Source: Dendrobates tinctorius (Eukaryota). From it: a DNA stretch of 64,000 nucleotides. Shown in pieces: positions 36,911-49,993 of the stretch (its first letter is position 1; each line of letters begins with the position of its first letter). The DNA is taken from positions 16,182,001-16,246,000 of the forward strand of contig NW_027361695.1 in the NCBI RefSeq assembly GCF_039654945.1, read 5' to 3'. The notes beneath the pieces are model-generated. The model was given only the letters and a program-made list of their open reading frames with translations. It had not been told where the DNA came from and searched no databases. A program made the position numbers and the translations under genes.

Positions 36911-38076
36911 TAGGAAACCCTATTGCATCTTTCTCAGTTTATCATTCTTTTCACATGCATACACTCTATATTCATTCTTTACTTCGATGTAAGTAGTATT
37001 CTTTGTAACAGTTTACATTGTGGATAGATTCTAATTCATGACCTTTGAGAAGAAAAGATTAGATCTGTGTAGCTTCTTGTTGGGTAATTTTTCACAGTTA
37101 TGTGTATCACGTCCGATTTAGGATTTCATTTGTGAATTTATTTTGTTTGAAGTAAATATATACAAGAAAATGGTCTCAGAGTGAGAAGGAAGCTGAAGGA
37201 TGTGAGAAAATTAAGTGCACAGGATGAAATCTGCTTAAATTCAAGGAGCGTAAAGGGTGTAGTCATCTGGATAATTCAAGCAAGGTGTTAATATTCTATC
37301 ATTGTGGCACATAAACTGCTTTACTTACGCACTGGAGAGTGACCGCCGAGTAAATTAACTAGTCCTCTTGGAAGAAAAGTAGATTAATGAATTAAAATAT
37401 CAATAAGGACTGTTGTGACTACTACTCTCAGCAAGTCGGGATTTCCTCTAATTGACAAAACATGCAGAGAAGCGGAATTTGATAAGAGTTGAAGTTGAAT
37501 AAAAGAATTTAACATCGTACTGTGGAATAAGTAACTTAAATGGGGTCTTCCGAGACTACAATATGGTTAACTAATCCATAGTATGGGCAATGTGTATCAG
37601 ATTGGTGGGGTTCCAGCTATTGTAATCCCAATCAATTATTTGAGGGGTTCCACCGAGTTCTTTTGAGTGCTGCAATCTCTGTGATCTTGTGATTAAGAGC
37701 CCCATTGGGGTTCGGAACACCAAGTCTTTCTCTATGTATTCTTGCCTTTTTTGTTTCTAAATCTTTCCTAATAAATGTGAAGTTTAATTTTGATGCTGCG
37801 GATGTTGGAATAACCTCTTTGGCTATGTCCATCTGCTGCAATCTCCATACCGGCTGCTATACCGGATTACCTCAATAGGACAATGCTGCAATGTGCAGAA
37901 CAACATCTTGAAGTATGCAGAGAAAAGTAAAGAGGATGAAGCACGGCGACCCCTTCAAACAGCCGATTGGTAGGGGTACCGCCATTGGAAATTGTGATAC
38001 CATTCCTGCTCCCAACTTAGGCTCATTTGGCTCTGGTCAGTATGTGCATGGAAACTTTATCACTTGAGATTTAGCT

Positions 38077-38555
38077 ACCTTATTTTATAGACCAAGTTTT
38101 TCCCAAAAAAACTTTTGATTAAAGTGGGGGAAAGTGGGGAATTCATTTTATAGTAGGTACCTGGCTGTCGCTGTGGATTGGGGCGGCAGTTGAGGAGCGG
38201 GTCACAGGAGGCAGGAGCCGGCGCTGGGGCTAATACGTGTGCTCGCTATTAAAACACATCAATATGCACTGCTCCCCTCTCTAATAATCCTACCCACCTC
38301 TCTAAACTGAAGCCAGCACTGATAGGTGGGCGGGAAAGTGGGCGTGGGGAGCAGTGCATATTCATTTCTTTTAATTTAATAGCAGGCGCACATGTAAGTC
38401 CCAGCGCCGGTTCCTGCCTTCTGTGACCGGCTCCTCAATCACCGCCCCAATCCATAGCGACAGCCAGGTACGGACTATAAAAAGAATCTCCCACTTTCCC
38501 TCACTTTCATCAAAAAATTTTTGGCAAAAAAGTCGATCTTATGGTCCACAAATCC
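38077..38555. mobile_element. Palindromic MITE, possibly pogo/Tigger-type
   Basis: Inverted arms of about 200 bp (GTACCTGGCTGTCGCTGTGGATTGGGGCGG / CCGCCCCAATCCATAGCGACAGCCAGGTAC); family assignment is tentative. Confidence 0.6.
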
Positions 38556-40369
38556 TGGGTCAAGATGTGAAATTTATGACTATCTGATTTACTCATGTCT
38601 TAAGATCCACTGGCTTTTTCCTTATGATCATGGCAACAGCATGAAAGGAATTATTCAAAGTAACAATTTTAGATTAATATGATAGAATCTTTTAGGCACA
38701 AATGGTCTGGTGAATGTAACTAAACCAGGAGGCAACAAATCTTGGCTTGCTTGATTGTTGGCCAACCATATCAAGACAGATGTTAAATTGCCAATTGTTG
38801 GGTTCCAAATGCAGAGCACGACCCAAACTTGGGCTATGAAGTCCTTTATATAAATTAGGCTAGGGTCACACAAGCTTTTATTCTTTCATCAGAGAGAATC
38901 GAGTCTATTACTCAAATCACACTCTGATCTGATTCTCTCAGATAAAGAGAAGACAAAAAAAAATTCTCCATCTTCTCCATTCGAGTGCAGTCCGATGGTT
39001 TCCACAGACTTATTGACTTGGATGGAAGAGTGCGATCCAAATGTCAGATCAAACTCGGGCATGCACCGATTTTTATCCCTGTACTGGCTCTGTCAAAGGA
39101 AAAAAAATCAGACAAGTGCACAGCTCCATAGAATAACATGGAGATGAGTGCTATCTGTCAAATTGACGGAGAGCACTCGTCCGATTATTATGGTCATCTG
39201 AACGAGCCCTGTGATCATCGAATATGCGAATCATCACTCTAGACACTATCCATGACAGAGATAGCGGAGTATAGTCAGCTCCCAGTGATCAAATCCCAGC
39301 AAATCACAACTTATCCTTTATCCTATGGAGAGGTGGTAACTAATAATTTGTTACTGATGACCAATTTTATTAATTTTGTGATCTTCTATACACATAGAAT
39401 ATGTCCAATTTCATAAGAATCTATATAAATAGCCTCGTCAGGATGGAAGATGTTAGGAAATCTAGTGCCAATTATTGGAAGCAACAATCCTAAAATCCAA
39501 TATCAACCCTTTAAAGAGCTTTACCGCATGACTTACGAAAAGAAGCCAAACCAGAAATCCCATTTGCAGACAAATGTTTCGGTATGTTTGTCCCTCATCA
39601 GTGCAATAGAGGAAAACTGGTTTGTGTGGGTGAAGGGCTTTGAGGAGCAATGTTGCTCATTATGGATGCAAAATAAAGGGTCAATACTGATTTCTAAGAT
39701 ACATTTCAATAAGTGGCTCTAGAGTTTCTGTCCTCTTTCACTCTGAAGAGGCTATTGGCATATTTACATTTCTAGAGGAGCATTGCATGATCTATAACTA
39801 TGCCCCTTAGAAACCCCTTAGGAAATATAGTTTTTTATAAGACGTCAACAGTTGAGATGAGCGACTTTGCTTCTTTTAGGGTCGAGTCGGGTTTCATGAA
39901 ACCCGACTTTCTCAAAAGTCGGGTCGAATGAAATCGGCCGACTATAGGGAAAAGTCGGAGGCCGGCTGAAACACAAAACCCAATGCAAGTCAATGGGGAA
40001 GCAAAGTCAGCAGGGAGTGGAGGACAGTAAACCCACCTACAGTGCCCTTTTCAATGGCAAAAGCATCAGTTCTTATTACTGAAGCTTGTCTACCTTAATT
40101 TACTTCATAATAATAGTTACGCATTGAAAACTGGGGGTTATTTGGCTAAAGTTGTGGGGGGGTAGGGTTGGCTCCAGGTTTTCATGTGCCCTGGGCCAAA
40201 GAGTGTCAGTGCGCCCATTTAACACATACCATAACTCATGATGCTCCGATACGCCACAGAAATATAGGTATAGTATAATGGCAAATACTTCACTGCTTAC
40301 ATGACATGACTGATATATTTTAAATTGTACAATAGCTCAAAAAAAGGACAGTATATTACTCCATACAGT

Positions 40370-41025
40370 ATTATGGCCACCACATTGTGCGCCATACAGA
40401 ATAATGAGCCCCATATATTTCTCCATACAGAATAATTGGCCACATATAATGTTCCATACAGTATATGATGAGCTCCACATAATGTTCCAGTATATGATGG
40501 TTCCCATGGACGATGCTCCAATGTGTTATGGGCCCAAATAATGCTCCACATATAATGGGCTCCATTTCTAATGCTCCAGTGTATAATGGGCCCCGTAGAT
40601 GCTGCTCCAGTGTCTGATGTCCCCCATTAGGAATGCTCCAGTATATGATGGGCCTCATGGATGATGCTGCAGTGTCTTATTGGCCCTAATAATGCTCCAT
40701 ATATAATGGGCCCCATTTCTAATGCTCCAGTGTATCATGTGCCCCATAGATGCTGCTCCAGTGTCTGATCTGACCCATTTGGAATGCTCCAGTATATGAT
40801 GGGCCTCATGGATGATGCTCCAGTGTCTTATGGGCCCTAATAATGCTCCATATATAATGGGCCCCATTTCTAATGCTCCAGTGTATCATGTGCCCCATAG
40901 ATGCTGCTCCAGTGTCTGATCTGCCCCATTTACAATGCTCCAGTATATGATGGGCCTCATGGATGATGCTTCAGTATCAGATGTCCCCCATTTTGAATGC
41001 TCCAGTATATCATGGGCCCCATTTT
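40370..41025. repeat. About 30-bp minisatellite with a 151-bp higher-order period in the hAT 3' subterminal region
   Basis: Repeats of ATGCTCCAG(T)...GGGCC; CATTTCTAATGCTCCAG recurs at 40563, 40714 and 40865. A shorter homologue lies at about 15600-15880. Confidence 0.8.
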
Positions 41026-41036
41026 TAATTAACCTA

Positions 41037-41402
41037 GGCTGCCACATCCTTCACTTTTGGTGTGGGTGAAAGACACAAGGAAAGTGGTTGCTCCTGACCA
41101 GAAGCCCGCACTTACGACTCAGTGCTTGCATTTTTTTAAACTTCAGAAGAGGAGGCGATAGAGCTGGAGGCTGTTTCAGCAATGTAAGCCAAAAACAGTT
41201 CCTGATGCTCCAGCTTTAAAAGTAGTCTACCTACTCCCAGAAAACGGAGCCTTACAGGCCTTCCAGAGCTACACCATGACGCAGGCTCAACACCCCCTGC
41301 CTTAGCTGCTATTGTGTTTTTGGCACTACCAGCAGATGCACCACCACTACCATCAGTACTAGGAGGCCCTCGTTCACATCCTCTTCCACCATACTTCCTC
41401 AT
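41037..41402 (-). pseudogene. Second, truncated copy of the hAT transposase N-terminus
   Basis: ORF MRKYGGRG..FLGVGRLLLKLEHQELFLAYIAETASSSIASSS parallels 48280-48650 and the N-terminus of the transposase at 8916. Confidence 0.88.
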
Positions 41403-42087
41403 GTTTTAGAAAATTGACCCAAAATACCAACAGATATTATGGTACTGTATCAGAAGCGTACAGCTCTATATAGTCTAGGGATAACAGTAATTCTCCGTAT
41501 ATATTTCCGTATATATTTCATACACAGACGCTCACAGGCTCAGTATGGATTACCCAATAAAATAAAAAGGTGAAAAAGGGTACAGTATCACCAGATACAA
41601 GGTATATATAGTATAGTGTAAACATTCTGAATTTCCGTATACATTTCAGGAGGCAGACACAAACGCTCTCAGGCCCAGTATGAATTACACAAGAATATGA
41701 AAAGCTGTAAATGGGTAATGTAACACAAGCGTACAGCTGTATACAGTATTGGCCAAATTTGAAATCTTAGTATATATTTCCGGAGTCACCCTCAAACGCT
41801 CACTCAGTCTGGGTTTGACCATAATAAAAAATGTTGTAAAAAAGGTACTGGATAACAAGATAGCAAATATATATATTATAGGGTACAATTGAAATCTCCG
41901 TATACATAGTCCCGTAGTCAGTCTCAGACGCTTACCCAGTATTGATTTGACCGTAATACTAAATGTCGAACAAAGGTACTGTATAACAAGATACAAGCTG
42001 TATCGAGTATAGGGTAAAAATTGGTATCTCCGATTCACCGTATATATATAGAAGGCGTAAACCACACACGCTCACTCACAATGGATG

Positions 42088-43098
42088 ATAATAATAATAT
42101 AATAATAAATTTTATTTCTATTGCGCCGACATATTCCGCAGCACTTTACATTTCAGAAGGGATTTGTACAGATAATAGACATTACAGCATAAAAATAATC
42201 ACATAGATTATAACAAATACCAAGAGGAATGAGGGCCCTGCTCGCAAGCTTATAGTCTATGAGGAAAGAGGTAGACACAAAAGGTGGGTGGTAACAGTTG
42301 CCCTGATTGTATGGACCAGCCATATTGTTAAGTGTGTAACAGTACAGACACAGAGGGCTAATGGATGCATAAAGCATGTGGGAACATGATGCAGGGAACC
42401 TGGTTATGGTGAAACTTTTGCCTGTGCCACACAGGGATAGATTAGGTTAATGTGTTGAGGCGATAGGACAGTCTGAATAAATGCGTTTTCAGGGCACACT
42501 TAAAATTGTTGGGATTGGGGACTAATCGTATTGACCTGGGAAGTGCATTCCAAAGAATGGGCGCAGCACGTGTAAAGTCTTGGAGACGGGAGTGCGAGGT
42601 TCTGATTATTGAGGATGCTAACCTCAGGTCATCAGCAGAATGGAGGGCGCGGGTAGGGTGGTATACTGAAACAAGGAAGGAGATGTAGGGTGGTGCTGAG
42701 CCATGGAGGGCTTTGTGGGTGAGGGTAATAAGTTTATACTGAATTCTGGAGTGGATGGGTAGCCAGTGTAATAACTGGCACAAGGTAGAGGCATCGGTGT
42801 AACGATTGGTGAGGAATATGATCCTGGCTGCAGCATTCAAGACAGATTAGAGAGGGGAGAGTTTGGTAAGAGGGAGACCGATTAGAAGAGAGTTACAATA
42901 GTCAAGACGAGAATGAATAAGAGAAACAGTAAGAGTTTTTGCAGAGTCAAAAGTAAGAAAAGGTCGAATTCTAGAAATGTTTTTGAGGTGCAGATGACAA
43001 GAGCGAGCCAGTGATCGGATGTGGGGGGCAAAGGAAAGCTCAGAGTCAAGTATGACCCCAAGACAGCGGGCATATTGCAGGGGAGTAATAGTGATGAT
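42088..43098 (-). mobile_element. 5'-truncated L2 LINE inserted in the decayed hAT
   Basis: ORFs 42847..43209 and 42442..42840 (ARCLGVILDSEL..SRLDYCN..LHWLPI..LKTHLF); (AAT)n tail. Confidence 0.9.
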
Positions 43099-43339
43099 AC
43101 CGTAATACAAAATTTTGAACAAAGGTACAGTATCAGCACATACCAGGTGTATCCAGTCTAGGGGTAATTTTAAATTTCTGTCTATACTTCCAGAGTCAGA
43201 CACAGACACTCACAGGCTCAGTATGTATTACACGAGAATTTAACAAGTAGAAAAAGGGAAAGGTAGTCGAAGCATACAACAGTATACATTGTTGTGGTAC
43301 TTTTACATCTTTGTATATATTTCAATCTCAGTAAGCCAG

Positions 43340-43930
43340 TCCAGACTCTCCGCTACTGGAAACTACATGGATACAAGTACAGATGGAAAGTCGAGTGTTA
43401 GCAGAAATTTGGGAATTACTCATCGCAAGAAAACCTCCCGGTACATGTTGCAGAGGCGATACAGACCCTCAATTACTGTATCTGTGGAGACAGCGAAAAT
43501 GGTTCTTTGTGAAGAAAGGATTGCTTTATCGCAGTAGCGTGGATCACATCACTGTTATTCATCTCCATCAAACTGTGATCACAGGGAGCGATGTAGACAT
43601 GGTCCTCACTGCCTATCATGATGTGTCTGGTCATTTTGGAGTGCAAAAGACAGAAGCCACAGACCGTAGGTCTATTGGATTGGCATTAGAGGAAACATTG
43701 AAAAATGGTGGCAGGAATGTCACATGTCTGTGACTATCACAACTGTGAAAGGTGATCATAAAGCACCACTGCATCCGCTTGTAAGTTGACGTCCAATACA
43801 AATGGTAGCCATTGATCATCTGAAGGTAGAGGCCAGCAGAAAAGGCCATAGCTACATCTTACCCATCATCAATCAATAAACCAAATTTCTAGTGGCCATC
43901 CCTGTGAAGGATTTAACTGCCCAGACTACA
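43340..43930 (+). pseudogene. Gypsy-type integrase fragment (HHCC region plus start of core), without LTRs
   Basis: KKGLLYR..YHDVSGHFGVQKT, then frameshifted YWIG..EC and APLHP..VAIDHL..TKFLVAIPVKDLTAQTT. Confidence 0.8.
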
Positions 43931-44320
43931 CAGCAGTGGAGCAGGGAGAGGTAAGTATTGCAACTTACAAGTGCTGTGGCCATGACCAAGCAGGGGGGGC
44001 ACACTCGTGGTCGACGGTACTGGCACCGGGCCCCTCATAGTGCGCTGGTGTGTCTGCGGCAAGTGGGCCCCCCAACATCAGAGACACTGTATTGTACTGT
44101 GAGGGGCCCTGTGCCAGTGCCGTTGGCCATCTGTGGGCTCATCCACTTGTTCAGAGCCACAGCATTTGCCCAGGTGCGCCAGGTGTTGACTCGAGCCACT
44201 TAGGGAGGTTTAAAAAGTGGCATGTGTTGATGTGTTGGCTGGACATTCAGCTTCTGCAAAGGGCGGAATTGGGCAAGTCCGGGGAAGAGGAGGACAAAAG
44301 CAAGGCAGTTTTCTGGCAAC

Positions 44321-47300
44321 CTATGTGTCATCAGGGGAAGGTGGGACCAAATCCTTTGAAACCCATGCATGGTTCATTTTATTGGAGGTTAGATCATCAA
44401 CATTTTGGGTCGACAGATGGGTCCTTTTTTCTGTCAGGATTGATCCAGCAGCACTGAAGACTCTTTCAGATAACACACTAGCAGCAGGGCAAGCGAGCTC
44501 CTATAAGGCATATTGTGCCAATTCAGAACAGGCGTCCAGTTTACAGGCCCAATAGTCAAAGGGGAATGACTTGTGAGGGAGAACATCGATATGGGAGGAG
44601 AAGTAGTCTGTAACCATAGTTGACAACTGCTGTCTCCTGTCACTTTTAATCGTTACAGTATTAGCAGTCGTGTGAGCGGTACTTGAGAAATCATTCCACA
44701 ACATGGTCATTAAACCCCTTTCTCCAGAGCCACTTCGGCTGTGTGCAACACGAACAACTCTTCCATTGTGCCCACTACGGCTCGTGGGAGAACCAGCACC
44801 GCTGTTGTGTGCTGGCAAAGCCTCAAACAAATAGTTTACCAGAGTTGCTTGTTTGTTAGTCAATATTATCTCTAGGTTCTCCTGTGGCATGATGTTGTGT
44901 AATTTGCCTTTGTAGCGTGGAACGAGGATGCTGGCCAGCCAGTAGTCATCATCCCTCATCATTTTGGCAATGCGGGGGTCCCTTTTTATGATCTGCAAGG
45001 CATAATCGCACATGTGGGCCAATGTTCCAGGTGTCAATGATGCACTGCCAGTGGTGGGTGGAGGAGCACTTTCTGGCAAATCCACATCCCTACAGTCACG
45101 CATAAACACTTTACCTGACCTTGGAACACCAACATTTTCTCTTGTCCCCTGAGAAGTATCCTCCTGCCCAAAATAATCATCCTCCTCCTCCTCCTCCTCT
45201 TCCTCTTCTTCCTCCACCTCGTCCATGACAGTTCCCTGACCAGACAATGGCTGACTGTCATCAAGGCTTCCCTCCTCCTCCTCCTCTGCTGCAGATGCCT
45301 GATCCTTAATGTGTGTCAAACTTTGCATGAGCAGATGAAAAAGTGGGATGCTCATGCTTATGGTGGCGTTGTTTGCGCTTACCAGCCGTGTGCATTCCTC
45401 AAAATACTGAAGGACTTAACAGAGGTCTTTCAGCTTTGACCACTGCACACCCGACAATTCCATGTCTTCCCTCAAACTGCCTGCCCGTGTATCCTCCCAC
45501 AAATGCATTACAGCCTGCCTCTGTTCGCACAGCCTCTCAACCATGTGCAGGGTGGAGTTCCACCTTGTTGCAAAGTCTATGACTAGGCAGTGCTTGGGGA
45601 GGTGGAGCAATCGCTGCAGCTTCTGCATACGAGTGGAGTGGATGTTTGAGCGACGGATGTGCGAGCACAGTCTTTGCACCTTATGGAGCAGGGATGTTAA
45701 CTCCGGATAATTATTAAGGAAGCACTGCACCACCAGGTTGAAAGTGTGAGTCAGGCAAGGTATGTGTGTGAGTTTTGCACGGGCTATGGCTGCCACAAAA
45801 TTACGGCCATTATCACTGACTACCTTGGCTGCCTCAAGATGTAGACTGCCCAGCCATGACTCAGTTTGTTGCTGCAAGTAGTCGGCCAGTCCCACCGCGG
45901 TGTGTCTGTTGTCACCCAAAGACATCATCTTTAACACAGCCTGCTGACGCTTACCACTAGCTGTTCCTTAGTGGGACACCTCGTGTGCAACACTGCCAGC
46001 TGTGGATGGAGTGCTCATGTGACTGCGCTCTGTGGACAAGCTTTCGCTGATAGAGGAGGAGGATCGAAAGCCTACAGCCAACTGTTTCCTATACCGTGGG
46101 CTAGGCAACACTGTTCCACCGCCGCTGTCCCCAGTGGAGCCGGCATCCACCACAATAACCCAGTGCGCAGTGATGGACATGTAGTGGCCTTGGACATGCC
46201 TACTGGTCCATGCATCTGTTGTGAGGTGCACCTTTCCACTCACTGACTGTTTTAGTGCATGGACAATGCGGTCTTTCACATGCCGGTGGAGGGCAGTGAT
46301 GGCTGTTATGAATGAGTCACCGTAGGAGGCAAAAACAAAAATACTAGCTAAGTCCAGAAAACCAGAGAAGTTGGCAGCTATCGGATTGCAGACCCCTGAA
46401 CCTATCAACAACAACTAGCAGTTGCCGTGGGGGGTTCTTACGGTGCCCTAGACCCCTCGATCACAGCCAGAGAACTAAATAGCCTAAATACAGAAAGGGA
46501 AATCTACACTGCCCCAGAGCAGACCCCAAAGCAATAGGCAGCCCCAACATAAAATGACGGTGAAGCAAGATGAAAAAACACTCACACAGATAGAAAGATA
46601 GGCTGAGCAAATGATGGGGCCCAAGCTAACTAAATAGGACAGGATAGAAAAGCTGCTGTCTGCAATCCGCCAAAACCCTATCAAAACAAGAGCCAACAGA
46701 CTGATAGGGAAAAAAGCCCTGAAGACGCTAGGCTTCAAAAAGACTATATCAGTACTCAGGTATTTTCTGAAGACAGAGCAGAAGGAATTCAGCTCACCCC
46801 AGCAGGGAATGGCAGAAATCCAGAAAAACAAGGCAAAACAAAACCAAAACACAAATGCAAAAAGCAGAGCAGAAAACTTAGCTTTTGAGGAGCAGGAATC
46901 AGACTGGTCTCCTAGAATCCCTCTGAGAAATCACCAGCAAGGCAGAAGGGCGTCGGCTGCCTTATATCCAGTCAGCAATTCCAGTCACCCAGTCATCATC
47001 ATCCTGCTCAGGTGCTTGGTAATTAGCCTCACTACCTTCCTTCACCAGAAGAGGGAGTTCATCAGACCTCAATGGTGAAGGGGAAAATGAACTCACAACA
47101 GATGGCTTTTCGAGAAAAGAAGTGCCGACTTGTTAGGTCATAGTGTGGGACAGCGTAGGCCATGAAGTCGCGGAAAGCTTTGCTTTCAACCAAACGGTAG
47201 GGCATCATCTCTAGTGAGATTAGTTTGGCAATGTAGGCGTTCAAACAAAGTGTACGCGGATGAGAGGATGAGTATTTTCTTGTCCTACTGAGAGTGTCTG

Positions 47301-48650
47301 GTAGGGTGAGCTGGACTGGAGAGCTGCATATGGGGGAGTAGCGGTGGACCGGACTGAGTGAGAGGGGGTTGGTGATGGTATTGGTGGTGATGACATAGAT
47401 TCAGTGTTGTGTTGCAAAACTATTGCGATTCCCTGAGTGCTTTGGCCTTGCGACGACACCTCCACATTTAGTGCTGGTGGTGTGCTTAACGGTGGCGGTG
47501 GTCTTACACTGGGGGAAGCGATGGAGCGTTGCTGGCTACCTTCAGTTGGAGCAGGTGCACATGTGCTACCTGAGGTTTTGTAGTCCGTCCACGCTTGCAA
47601 GTGCATGTTGATTAAATGTCTAAGCATGCAACTGGTATTCAAATTTCTGAGTTGTTTACCTCGGCTAAAGGTCCTTTCGCACTTCTTACAGGTAACCTTT
47701 GCCTCATCAGTAGGATTTTGGACAAAGAAGTGCCACACTGCACTCTTCCTACTATGGTAAACATTTTCTGGCCTTGCACGCTGTGCTAAGTTGACCGTCT
47801 GGCAAAGCTGTCCTGCAACTCTTTTAGTTTTTGTTCCACGTTTTTGGACAGCTACGGGCGTGGTAGATAACCGCTGCTGCGATGTCAATACCTGCAGCGG
47901 ATCCTTCTCCTTATCTGAACTATTGCCAGCGCCACCCTCCTCCCCCAATGGATGCCAATCCAGGTCAAGAACTGGGTCATCCATCACCTCCTCTTCAAAG
48001 TCATCTGCACCTTCCTCTTTACCTTCCTCTGTGTCACCGTGTAAGGTGGTATAGTATGCGGGAAGGGGCACCTGAGTTTCATCAGGGTCAGATTCTGGCT
48101 CAATAGACTGCGAGGGCAATGTAGTGCTCTGGGTCGATGTACAAGCAGAATCATCTAGCAGTGGCTGTGCATCACTGCACTCCATGTCAGATTCATCTTG
48201 GACTGGGGAATTCTGGATTTGACTGGATAACCCAGGCATGGTATGTGAAAAGAGCTCCATAGAGTAATCTGAAGTTTGGGCTGCCGCATCTTTAACTTTT
48301 GGTGGGGGTGAAGGACACAAGGAAAGGTGCTTTTCCTGACCAGAACCCTGCACTGACGACTCCGTGCTTGCAGGTTTCGAACGTTCAGAAGAGGAGGCAA
48401 TAGAGCTGGTGGCTGTTTCGGCAATGTACGCTAAAACCTGTTCCTGATGCTCTGGCTGTAAAAGTGGTTTTCCTACTGCAAGAAAAGGCAACCTTACAGG
48501 CCTTTTTGGGCCAGATGATGATGCAGGCTCAACACCTCCTGTCTTAGCTGCTATTGTGCTTTTGCCAGAACCAGTCGATGCAACACCACCATCAGTACCA
48601 GCTGCACCCCCCTGCCCACGTCCGCGGACTCTTCCACCATACTTCCTTAT
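44321..48650 (-). pseudogene. hAT transposase pseudogene
   Basis: Colinear with 8916-12461 (BED finger CERTF/HLINMH, HLTTDAW, VSDNGRN, TRWNST, PSPDDT*). Start codon reads ATA; stops/frameshifts present; interrupted by a solo LTR. Confidence 0.93.
46304..47100. mobile_element. Solo LTR (797 bp) inside the hAT transposase pseudogene
   Basis: Termini TGTTATGA...TCACAACA; 6-bp target duplication GATGGC at 46298-46303 and 47101-47106; the transposase sequence resumes on both sides. Confidence 0.85.
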
Positions 48651-49993
48651 GTTTGGGAAAATGTACCAAAAATACCAGCAGAGAGATGGTACTGTATGAG
48701 GAGCGTCCAGCTGTGTAAGGTGTATTAAAAAAATTAAATCTACGTATATATTTTGTTAGTCACAGACGCTCTCACAGTATGTATTGGACCGTAATCCAAC
48801 AAGCAGATATACGGAGCTGCATCAGAAGTGTACAGCTGTATACGTTTTTGTGTAACTAACAATCTCCGTATATGCATTTACGGAGTGTCACACACATGCT
48901 GACTTGTGTATAGATGTGACTGTAATGCAAACGGCAGATATACAATACTGTTTGAGAATCAGACAGCTCTATACGGTATCAGTATGGAAAATTGTCAATC
49001 TCCGTCTATTTGTATAGGGACTGACACACGCTGTCTCTGTCTAGTTTTGACCGTCATCAAACAGCAGATACACGAAACTGTTTGAAAAGCGGACAGCACT
49101 CTAAGGTGTCGGTCTGGAAAAACTCCTCAGCTTTTTTTTCCAGAGTCACACAAAAAGCTTCTATTTCTCCATGATACAAGGCGGTACACGGTGGTGTCTG
49201 AGGAGCGTACACCGCTATACGGTGTCTGTATGGAAAATTGTCAATCTCCGTCTATTTGTATAGGGACTGACACACGCTGTCTCTGTCTAGTTTTGACCGT
49301 CATCAAACAGCAGATATACAAAACTGTTGGAAAAGCGGACAGCACTAGTGTTGAGCATTCCGATACTGCAAATATCGGAATTCCGATACCAAGTACCGAT
49401 ATTTTTACAATATCGAATACCGGAATCAGAAGTTCCCATAATGCAATGAGCCAGTGTTGTGGCTGTGATTGGCTGCTGAAATGATGTCATCATGATGCGC
49501 GGTCTGTGCGCATCATGATGCGCGGTCTGTGCGGGCCTGCTGGGGGTCTGTGCAGGCCTGCCTGGGGTCTGTGCGGGCTGACGGGGGTCTGTACGGGCCT
49601 GCTGGGGGTCTGTGCGGGCTGCCGGGGGTCTGTGCGGGCCAGCCGGGGGGTCTGTGCGGGCCTGCCGGGGGTCTGTATGGGCCTGCCGGGGGTCTGTGCG
49701 GGCCTGCTGGGGGTCTGTATGGGCCTGCCGGGGGTCTGTGAGGGCTGCTGGGGGTCTGTGTGGGCTGCCAGGGGTCCGTGGGGTCCGTGCGGGCCTGCCG
49801 GGATTTGTGTGTGTGTGCAGGCATCGTCCGATGGGGCTACAAGTCATGTAGTATGTAGTATGTAGTAAGTATGCATGTATGTTGTATGAATGTAGTATAT
49901 ATGTAGTATGTATGTAGTATGTAGTATGTATATTGTATGAATGTAGTATGTATGTAGTATGTATGTAGTATGTATGTATGTTGTATGAATGTA

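Noticed and set aside
49500-49990. Gly/Cys/Pro-rich and His/Tyr/Thr-rich ORFs (also 51560-52090)
   Set aside because: Translations of minisatellite and microsatellite arms of the hAT MITE.
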